A stretch of 64,000 nt of DNA, taken from assembly GCA_049322315.1 (NCBI GenBank), contig JBMORF010000042.1:40915-104914 (forward strand). Reading direction: 5' to 3'. Shown here in pieces: positions 56,805 through 64,000 of this stretch. The stretch's first letter is position 1. Each line of letters begins with the position of its first letter. The notes beneath the pieces were generated by a model. The model searched no databases, had not been told where the DNA came from, and saw only the letters and a list, made by a program, of their open reading frames with translations. A program made the translations under genes and the position numbers. Origin of the DNA: Thermodesulfobacteriota bacterium. GTDB lineage: Bacteria > Desulfobacterota > Desulfobaccia > Desulfobaccales > 0-14-0-80-60-11.

Positions 56805-58151
56805 GTGACTGGTAACTTAAAGAAAAGGCTGGTGGTTTTCCTGTTCCTGGCGGCCTTCCCGGTCCTGGGGCCGGGGGCGGCGGCAGGTGAAGAATTCGGG
56901 GGACGGCTGACCCTGAAGCAGGCCATCGAGATCGCTCTGAAGGAACACCCCTCTCTCAAAGAGTCCAAGGAGAGGGTGACTGCGGCCAAATACCAGATCG
57001 GCTCCTCCCGGGCCGCGTACCTGCCCCAGGTGGCCTTTACCAACAATTTCTATTGGGGGAATGCCTTCCCGGCCACCTCCGGGGCCGGAAACACCAGTGT
57101 TCCCGGCTTGGGGGGAGGAGGCCTCGGGACCTCGGATTATTATATCAATCGGGTCTCCGCCAGCCAATTGATCTATGATTTCGGCAAGACCCTGGGGCAG
57201 ATAGACCAATCCCGGGCCACATACAAACAGACCCAGGAAGATTACGCCGGCAACCGCCAAAAAGTGGTGCTGGACGCCCGGACCGCGTATTTCGGCTATT
57301 TGGCGGCCATGCGGGCCCGGAAGGTCACCGAAGAGACGGTGCGCCAGAACCAGGAACTGGTGAAACAGGCCCGGGGCTTTTATGAGGTGGGGTTAAAGGC
57401 CAAGATCGACGTTACCAAGGCGGAAGCCAACCTCTTTGATGCGGAAGCCAGCCTCATCCGGGCCAAAAACACGGTGGGTCTAACCCACGTCACCCTGATG
57501 ACCGCCTTGGGCCTGAAGATCTGGCCTTTTCACGGGGTGGAAGACGTCATCGAAGTAACTCGCCGGCCCCGTTCCCTGACCGAATTGAAGGCTCAGGCCA
57601 TGCGCCAGCGGCCCGAAATCGTCAAGAACCGCTATCAGTTGGATTTCAATCAAGCGGCGTTGCGGGTGGCCAAGGCCGGTTGGTTCCCGACCTTGAGCTC
57701 TCTGGCGGCGTATGGCTGGTCGGGCGTCGATGCTCCTTTCGGCGCCGAATCCCTGGAAAACAAATCCTGGTGGGTGGGCGCGGGGTTAACCGTGCCTTTG
57801 TTTGACGGTCTATTGGCTTACCATAACGTCAGGACCGCCAATGCCAATATCCGGGCCACGCAGGCCAATACCGAGGTCTTGAGCCAGGATATTGGCAAAG
57901 AAGTGGAGCAGTCCTACCTGGACGTTAATTCGGCCTGGGAACTGATCCGGGCCACCAAGAAGGCCCTGGAAGCGGCCCGGGAGAATTATCGCCTGGCCCA
58001 GGGGCGCTACCAGGTGGGGGTGGGGTCCATCATCGAAGTCACCGACGCCCAGGTGCAGTATTTCCAGGCGGACTTGAGGTATGTCAAGGCCCTTTATGAT
58101 TACCGGGTGGCGGAGGCCCAACTGGACAAGGCCATCGGCAAGCCGTTTTAG
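56805..58151 (+). CDS. TolC-family outer membrane efflux protein
   Basis: Signal peptide; LTLKQAIEIAL, YLPQ, IYDFG, AGWFPTL, VPLFDG, RYQVG. Confidence 0.92.
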   Translation: MTGNLKKRLVVFLFLAAFPVLGPGAAAGEEFGGRLTLKQAIEIALKEHPSLKESKERVTAAKYQIGSSRAAYLPQVAFTNNFYWGNAFPATSGAGNTSVPGLGGGGLGTSDYYINRVSASQLIYDFGKTLGQIDQSRATYKQTQEDYAGNRQKVVLDARTAYFGYLAAMRARKVTEETVRQNQELVKQARGFYEVGLKAKIDVTKAEANLFDAEASLIRAKNTVGLTHVTLMTALGLKIWPFHGVEDVIEVTRRPRSLTELKAQAMRQRPEIVKNRYQLDFNQAALRVAKAGWFPTLSSLAAYGWSGVDAPFGAESLENKSWWVGAGLTVPLFDGLLAYHNVRTANANIRATQANTEVLSQDIGKEVEQSYLDVNSAWELIRATKKALEAARENYRLAQGRYQVGVGSIIEVTDAQVQYFQADLRYVKALYDYRVAEAQLDKAIGKPF

Positions 58152-58155
58152 GTGC

Positions 58156-58233
58156 CCGTTTTCTGTTTTCCGTTTTCCGTGTTTTTTTAATGACCTTACA
58201 ATTGGCAATACGGAAAACGGTAAACGGAAAACG
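58156..58233. repeat. Inverted heptamer arrays (CGTTTTC vs GAAAACG) between convergent genes
   Basis: ccgttttctgttttccgttttccgt ... acggaaaacggtaaacggaaaacg. Confidence 0.85.
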
Positions 58234-58243
58234 AGACTTTACG

Positions 58244-58864
58244 CTACCAGAGACCGTATTCATCGAGCTTCCGGTGGAAATCCTCGGGGGTGGTGAAGTG
58301 CCAGGCTACCAGGCCGTGGGTCCGGGCCGCCTCCACGAAGGGCAGTTTGTCGTCCAGGAAGAGGCAGCGCCCAGGTTCCCGGCCCATCGTGCGGATCAGG
58401 GTCTGGAAGATGCCGGGCTCGGGTTTACGGCTGCCCACCTCATAGGAGAGGAGGCAGCGCCGGAAATGGCGGAGCAAGGGGTAATTCTCCTGGATATATT
58501 GAAAGTGCAAAGGATTGGTATTAGAAAGTAAATAGAGGGGATAGCGCTGGGCCAGGTGCGCCACGGTTTCCTCCATATCCTCCAGGGGCGCAAAGATATC
58601 ATTCCAGAGTGCGGCAAACCGGGGGTAGGGGAGGGTGAGGCCGAAGCGGGCCAGGAGCCGTTGGTGAAATTCCTGGGAGGAGAGGCGGCCGGTGTCGTAG
58701 CCGGGTTCCAAATCGGAGTCGAAGACCACGGCGTAAACTTCCTCGGGAGTCAGGCTCGTCAAAGCCGCGAAGCCGCGGCAGAAGCGGAGATGGTCCACTG
58801 CCACCAGGACGTTGCCCAGGTCGAAGGCAATGGCTTCGAGGTGTAAAAGAGCAGGGGCGGCCAA
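58244..58864 (-). CDS. HAD-family phosphatase (YihX-like)
   Basis: FDLGNVL, LSNTN, RKPEPGIF, FLDD. Confidence 0.9.
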   Translation of the reverse strand: MAAPALLHLEAIAFDLGNVLVAVDHLRFCRGFAALTSLTPEEVYAVVFDSDLEPGYDTGRLSSQEFHQRLLARFGLTLPYPRFAALWNDIFAPLEDMEETVAHLAQRYPLYLLSNTNPLHFQYIQENYPLLRHFRRCLLSYEVGSRKPEPGIFQTLIRTMGREPGRCLFLDDKLPFVEAARTHGLVAWHFTTPEDFHRKLDEYGLW

Positions 58865-59117
58865 GGAATATGCTCCTTTTTAAGGACAACAATATTGGTT
58901 GCCGGATGCTGGGGATCTAGGACAAAATAGATATTAACAAAATTTTTTTAAAGCCGGACGTTTTTAGATGATAATTTCTTACAATATGCACTTTTAGATA
59001 GCAGACGACTTTCCTCTCTGCAAGGAGGGGACCCGGCGGGTAAGAGAGCAGGAGCCGCGGCCGCCGGATTATTTATCTCTACACACCGTAGAGACATCAA
59101 AGCAAAGGGGGTGACGG

Positions 59118-59516
59118 GTGGCTAATAGTCGCAGTAAAGGTTGGAGCATCATCGTGGCCTTGCTGGTGGGGTTTGCCGCAGCCACGATTTTCTGGTTCTA
59201 CGGGCCTTTTCTGAAGAAGGAAGTAAGCCTCCAGGTGGAAGAGGCGGTGAAGGAACAGGCCGCCAAGACCACGGAACCGGAGAGCAAGTCCCCCCTGGCC
59301 TTGAAAGGGGTGGCTCCGGGCGCCGGGGGCCGCTACCAGGTAGTGACCGACGGCAAGCAGACCTTCCTGGCGGACTTGAAAGAGGGCCGGGTGTGGCGCT
59401 ATTTTCACCATACCCGGGAGGGGGGCCACCTGAAGGAGGAAGAAGGATTCCTGCCCTTGCCGTTTTTTTACGGGGGCAAGAAATACCCCACCGCGGATAT
59501 CAAGGCCGATGAATAG
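59118..59516 (+). CDS. Hypothetical membrane-anchored protein
   Basis: N-terminal TM segment; GRYQV...TFL.D...GRVW beta-rich region. Confidence 0.7.
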   Translation: MANSRSKGWSIIVALLVGFAAATIFWFYGPFLKKEVSLQVEEAVKEQAAKTTEPESKSPLALKGVAPGAGGRYQVVTDGKQTFLADLKEGRVWRYFHHTREGGHLKEEEGFLPLPFFYGGKKYPTADIKADE

Positions 59517-59528
59517 AGAGAGAAGGAT

Positions 59529-60038
59529 TTGAAAGCACGCTTTTTTTCCCGGGAGGACCTGGCCTGGGCCGGCTTTTTGCTGATCCTGGCTTTGGGGTTT
59601 GGCCTGGTCAAGCACTGGGGCCTGGTGAGCCTCTCGGTCACAGGCGATCTGGCCGGGCAGTTGGAGAAGATGCGGACCCAGCGCCGGGATAAGGAGTTTC
59701 AAGGCGTCAAGACCATTAATCTGGTCCAGGCTTATCAGCTTTTTAATGCAGGCCGGACTCTGTTTATCGACGCCCGCAAGCCGGAGGAGTACGCAGAGCT
59801 GCACGTCGCCGGCGCGGTGAATCTCCCCCCCTCCAAGCTCCAGAACGGGGATAAGCAGGCGGTGGCCAATTTCGCCAAAGACCGGAGCATCGTGGTATAT
59901 TGCGGCGAGGTCCATTGCGACCTGGCTTTGAAAGTGGCGGAGAAACTGCAGGATTTGGGCTTCACCCGGGTGGCGGTCTTTCTGGGGGGATTCCGGGCCT
60001 GGGACGATGCGGGTTACCCCGCGGATACGAGTAAATGA
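59529..60038 (+). CDS. Membrane-anchored rhodanese-like protein
   Basis: IDAR..EY...HVAGA, VVYC, GG..AW..AGYP. Confidence 0.88.
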   Translation: MKARFFSREDLAWAGFLLILALGFGLVKHWGLVSLSVTGDLAGQLEKMRTQRRDKEFQGVKTINLVQAYQLFNAGRTLFIDARKPEEYAELHVAGAVNLPPSKLQNGDKQAVANFAKDRSIVVYCGEVHCDLALKVAEKLQDLGFTRVAVFLGGFRAWDDAGYPADTSK

Positions 60039-60040
60039 TA

Positions 60041-60268
60041 CCGTTTGGCGTTTTGCGTTTTTCGTTGAAAGATCAGCTTTATCAATAAGTTATTAATAAA
60101 ATTGTTGCAGTGGAAACTAAACCTGGGAGAAAGCGAAGAAGTAAGCAGTTATCATAAAGACACGGGAGATACCATTGTCTCTTGCTGTTGATATTAACCT
60201 TCTATGTAACTTATGTATAATCTTCTTAATTCTTTTAACGAAAAACGAAAAACGCCAAACGAAAAACG
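60041..60268. repeat. Inverted heptamer arrays (CGTTTTT-type vs AAAAACG) around a ~170-bp AT-rich spacer; the right arm lies in the DoxX 5' end
   Basis: ccgtttggcgttttgcgtttttcgtt ... aacgaaaaacgaaaaacgccaaacgaaaaacg. Confidence 0.85.
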
Positions 60269-60692
60269 CTATAACCGGCTCTTGCCCCGCGTCCTAGGCA
60301 TGGTCCTGGGGGGCCTCTTTTTTTATGCCGGCTTGCAGAAGCATTATCAGGTTTATGAATTCGCCGAGGCGGTGCTGGCTTACCGGATAGGCCCCGGGTG
60401 GCTGGCGGGAGTGGCGGCCGCGGTGCTGCCGTGGGTGGAACTGATCGCCGGGGGCCTGCTGGTGGCGGGGTTCAAACGCCGGTCCTGTCTGTTGATCATC
60501 GCCCTGCTGATGGCCTCTTTCCTGGTGATCATGCTGGTGACCCTGGCCCGGGGGCTGGATATCGACTGCGGCTGCGGCCTCTTTTTCCAAAGGCAGGTGG
60601 GGCTGGTTCCCATACTGGAAGACCTGGTCCTCCTGGCCTGGGCCGGGGGGCTGTATTGGTGGGAAGCGAGGACAGTAGCCAGTAGTCAGTAG
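60213..60692 (+). CDS. DoxX/MauE-family membrane protein (start uncertain)
   Basis: LG..F.YAG..K, LPWVEL..G, RGLDIDCGC. Confidence 0.85.
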   Translation: MYNLLNSFNEKRKTPNEKRYNRLLPRVLGMVLGGLFFYAGLQKHYQVYEFAEAVLAYRIGPGWLAGVAAAVLPWVELIAGGLLVAGFKRRSCLLIIALLMASFLVIMLVTLARGLDIDCGCGLFFQRQVGLVPILEDLVLLAWAGGLYWWEARTVASSQ

Positions 60693-60837
60693 CCAGTAGT
60701 CAGTAGCCAGTAGTCAGTAGTCAGTAGTCAGTGATCAGGAATCAGTATTTTGAACTTTGAGCTGTCCCGTGGTCCATGCCTGAGTTACAAAAGTCAAAAG
60801 GAATCGCAGTCTTAACCTTGAACTTCGAACTGTGAAC
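60674..60837. repeat. Heptamer arrays (AGTAGCC/AGTAGTC and TTTGAAC types)
   Basis: agtagccagtagtcagtagccagtagtcagtag...; aaccttgaacttcgaactgtgaac. Confidence 0.85.
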
Positions 60838-60844
60838 TAAATCA

Positions 60845-61519
60845 ATGCGTTATTTCAATTTCTACGATCCCCTGGAAAAGCGCTATATCTTCAATAACTT
60901 CCTGGTGATCTGCACCCTGGTGGAGGTCCTGATCCTGGTCTTCACCCTCATCTGGCAGATGGATGAGGGGATGTTCACCGGCCAGGTGAAGGTGATCCCC
61001 TTTCCCTGGAAAGAATACCTGGTGGCCGCGTTCGCGGCGCCCATCGTCCTGGTTTTTCTTTTCGGGGTGATCGTCAGGAGCTTTGAGATCATTTCCCGGC
61101 AGGGAGGCGCCGCGGACCCGGACCGGGCCGCCGTCAGGAACAAGGCGCGGCGCCGCTTCTTTTGGGGGCTGCTGGCGCTGGCGGCCGTTTTGCTTATCAT
61201 CTGGGGGGCGTTCGGCTTGACCTGGGTCCCCGGGGCCGTGAAAGTCCTGGGCCTGGGAGGCGCCTACCTGCTCATCGCCCTGGTGGCCCTGGCTTTGCTC
61301 TATTTTCCTCTGCGCCTGCTGCTGCGCTACCGCCTGGAGAAAAAGGCCCTGGAATACCAGTACCTGCTGACCCTGGCGGAACGCTACGGGGTGTTCCTGG
61401 TGGACGGCAAAATACCTCCTGAAGTGAGGCGGGCACTGGAGGATAAAAAGATGGCCGCCGGTTCCCCGGCCTCCCTGCCGGGGCCGGAAGAAATCCCGGA
61501 AAAACCGGATTCCCATTAA
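60845..61519 (+). CDS. Hypothetical 4-TM membrane protein
   Basis: Four hydrophobic segments; GC3-biased codons. Confidence 0.75.
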   Translation: MRYFNFYDPLEKRYIFNNFLVICTLVEVLILVFTLIWQMDEGMFTGQVKVIPFPWKEYLVAAFAAPIVLVFLFGVIVRSFEIISRQGGAADPDRAAVRNKARRRFFWGLLALAAVLLIIWGAFGLTWVPGAVKVLGLGGAYLLIALVALALLYFPLRLLLRYRLEKKALEYQYLLTLAERYGVFLVDGKIPPEVRRALEDKKMAAGSPASLPGPEEIPEKPDSH

Positions 61520-61837
61520 TTCCTTGGGCCGGGGGATATTTTTATTAAGTCTTGCGTTAAGGACATAACAGTCTTATCTCTTTGAAAATATGAGCTTATT
61601 AGCTCAGATGGGAGAGACTGTCTCACCTGGTGGAAAGTTTTATTATCGGGGCTAGACTTGTGAAATTTTTCCTTTACAGTCGGGGTGAACTGAGGTATGA
61701 ATTGTCATTCGACTATAGCTAGGTTTTCCAGGTGCTGAAAAATAGGGTAGGGAGGTGATAGGTTTTTTCGGGTAGGCTTAAAACAGGCATTAAGGACCTA
61801 AAACCTTAGGGAATTATTACTTATAGGAGGGTAGCGG

Positions 61838-63904
61838 ATGGATATTATGAGCTTTGCCTTGTTGTGCGGCGCGGTGGGCGTCGCCTATGGTCTGTTCACC
61901 ACCACCTGGGTTCTGAAACAGGATGCGGGTAGCGAGCGGATGCAGGAAATCTCCGCGGCGGTGCGGGAAGGGGCCAACGCCTTCTTGAATCGGCAGTACA
62001 AGACCGTAGCCATGGTGGGTGCGGTAGTATTTGTCCTGCTCTTTTTTGGCTTGGGCAAATGGGTGGCCGTGGGCTTCGCCGTCGGCGCCATCGGTTCGGC
62101 TTTCGCCGGTTATGTGGGCATGTACGTGTCGGTGCGGAGCAACGTGCGCACCGCCCAGGCGGCCTTCACCAGCATGGCCCACGCCCTGAAAGTGGCCTTC
62201 CGGGGCGGTTCGGTCACGGGTCTCTTGGTAGTGGGCCTGGCCCTGCTGTCCGTGGCCGGTTACTACAAGTTCCTCATGAACATTGATCCCCATGCAGCTA
62301 TGCACGCCCTGGTGGGTCTGGGCTTCGGCTGCTCCCTGGTATCCGTCTTTGCCCGGTTGGGCGGCGGCATCTACACCAAGGCTGCGGACGTGGGCGCCGA
62401 CCTGGTGGGTAAAGTGGAAGCCGGCATCCCCGAGGACGATCCCCGGAACCCCGCGGTCATCGCTGACAACGTGGGCGACAACGTGGGTGACTGCGCGGGC
62501 ATGGCCGCTGACCTTTATGAGACCTATGTCGTCACCATGGTGGCCGCCATGCTGTTGGCCTACACCATCTACGGCGCCGGCTCTGCGGCCATCCTCTTCC
62601 CCTTGGTGGTGGGCGGCGTGTCCATCATCGCCTCGGTCATCGGCACCTATTTCGTCCGTTTGGGCAAATCCGCCTACGTCATGGGCGCCCTCTATAAGGG
62701 CCTCATCGTGGCCGCGGTCCTGGCCATTGTCGCCTTCTATCCCCTGGCCGGCAAATTCATGACCGGCGTGGCCGCCAAGGCGGCTGCCAAGGGCGCGGCA
62801 GGTTTTGTGATTCCCCCCTTTAACATCTTTTTGCTGGCGGTCATCGGCGTGCTCCTCACCGGTCTGATCGTGGGCATCACCGAGTACTTCACCTCCAAGA
62901 GCTTCACCCCGGTGAAATCCATCGCCCTGGCCTCCACCACCGGCCACGGCACCAACGTCATCCAGGGTCTGGCCATCTCCATGAAGTCCACCGGCGCGCC
63001 GGTTATCGTCATCGTCTGCGCCATCCTGGCGGCCTTCTCCCTGGGCGGTGGCCTGGCCCACCCCGGCACCGGGCTCTACGCCATTGCTTTGACCGCAGTG
63101 GCCATGCTCTCCATGACCGGCATCGTGGTGGCCATTGACTCTTACGGGCCCATCACCGATAACGCCGGCGGCATCGCCGAGATGGCGGAACTCCCCGAAG
63201 ACATCCGCAACATCACCGATCCGTTGGATGCGGTGGGCAACACCACCAAGGCGGTGACCAAGGGTTACGCCATCGGCTCCGCGGCTCTGGCCGCGTTGGT
63301 GCTCTTCGCCGAGTACTCCCGGTCCTTCCCCGGCGCCTTGAGCTTCGACCTCTCCGATCCCCGGGTCCTGGCGGGCCTGTTCATCGGCGGTCTGCTGCCC
63401 TACTACTTCGGCGCGCTGTGCATGGAGGCCGTGGGTAAGGCCGCGGGCGGCGTGGTGGAAGAAGTGCGGCGCCAATTCCGGGAAATCCCGGGCATCATGG
63501 AAGGCACCGCTAAACCCGAATACGGCACCTGCGTGGACATCGTCACCAAGTCCGCTCTGCGCCAGATGATGGTACCGGCCCTGATCCCGGTGCTCTCCCC
63601 CATCGCCGTGGGCTTCTGTCCGGGTCTGGGTCCCGTAGCCCTGGGCGGCATGCTCATCGGCTCCATCGTCACCGGCTTGTTCCTGGCCATTGCCATGACC
63701 TCCGGCGGCGGCGCCTGGGATAACGCCAAGAAGGCCATCGAAGACGGCCTCTACGGCGGTAAGGGCTCCGATGCCCATAAAGCCGCGGTCACCGGCGACA
63801 CCGTGGGCGACCCCTACAAAGACACCGCCGGCCCGGCCATCAACCCCATGATCAAGGTGGTGAACATCGTGGCCCTGCTGTTGGTGCCCTTGCTCATTAA
63901 GTAA
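61838..63904 (+). CDS. hppA: Membrane-bound H+-translocating pyrophosphatase, K+-independent type
   Basis: [42 protein letters not shown] (Lys form), [11 protein letters not shown]. Confidence 0.96.
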   Translation: MDIMSFALLCGAVGVAYGLFTTTWVLKQDAGSERMQEISAAVREGANAFLNRQYKTVAMVGAVVFVLLFFGLGKWVAVGFAVGAIGSAFAGYVGMYVSVRSNVRTAQAAFTSMAHALKVAFRGGSVTGLLVVGLALLSVAGYYKFLMNIDPHAAMHALVGLGFGCSLVSVFARLGGGIYTKAADVGADLVGKVEAGIPEDDPRNPAVIADNVGDNVGDCAGMAADLYETYVVTMVAAMLLAYTIYGAGSAAILFPLVVGGVSIIASVIGTYFVRLGKSAYVMGALYKGLIVAAVLAIVAFYPLAGKFMTGVAAKAAAKGAAGFVIPPFNIFLLAVIGVLLTGLIVGITEYFTSKSFTPVKSIALASTTGHGTNVIQGLAISMKSTGAPVIVIVCAILAAFSLGGGLAHPGTGLYAIALTAVAMLSMTGIVVAIDSYGPITDNAGGIAEMAELPEDIRNITDPLDAVGNTTKAVTKGYAIGSAALAALVLFAEYSRSFPGALSFDLSDPRVLAGLFIGGLLPYYFGALCMEAVGKAAGGVVEEVRRQFREIPGIMEGTAKPEYGTCVDIVTKSALRQMMVPALIPVLSPIAVGFCPGLGPVALGGMLIGSIVTGLFLAIAMTSGGGAWDNAKKAIEDGLYGGKGSDAHKAAVTGDTVGDPYKDTAGPAINPMIKVVNIVALLLVPLLIK

Positions 63905-63924
63905 GCTTTGACCCATACCTAAAG

Positions 63925-63957
63925 AAAAGGCCGGCTCGCCCTGAGCCGGCCTTTTTT
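63925..63957 (+). terminator. Rho-independent terminator after hppA
   Basis: aaaaggccggctc-gccct-gagccggcctttttt. Confidence 0.85.
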
Positions 63958-64000
63958 GTAATTCTGCCTGAAAAAGTTCAAAGTTTAGGTTCAAAGTTGT

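Noticed and set aside
61658-61680. Rex operator upstream of hppA
   Set aside because: Only the TTGTGAA half-site is present; the second half does not match TTCACAA
61817-63994. 725-aa minus-strand ORF
   Set aside because: Antisense shadow of hppA caused by GC3-biased codon usage; no recognisable motifs. The same applies to long antisense ORFs over rpoA, the octaheme gene, prs, the radical SAM gene and nuoL.

Overview
High-GC bacterial chromosome segment, most likely Desulfobacterota (Desulfobacca-like; inferred from protein style and gene content, not from a search). It contains the end of the spc/alpha ribosomal operon (rplF to rplQ), an NlpC/P60 gene, an amidoligase pair, a small cluster with two paralogous unknown proteins, and a NapC + octaheme epsilon-Hao-type module. 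A low-GC island follows, with a ParB-like/HEPN-like protein and a Dam-family methyltransferase next to a REP-associated tyrosine transposase. After that come a class-V aminotransferase-serA operon, ispE-prs-pth, an 11-subunit complex I (no nuoEFG), vapBC, two pseudogenes, der, an active and an apparently inactive S41 peptidase, a split transketolase, gatCA, tolC and a K+-independent H+-PPase. The most striking signals are non-coding. (i) A 29-30 nt hairpin motif with a conserved loop occurs three times in the ~430-nt leader of the serine-biosynthesis operon. (ii) About 20 intergenic loci carry heptamer tandem arrays, often as class-matched inverted pairs around AT-rich spacers; they interrupt ribosomal-operon junctions, appear to be translated into the N-termini of Pth, Der and DoxX, and nest with several other MITE/REP-like palindrome families. 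All family assignments come from motif recognition by eye; no searches or folding computations were run.
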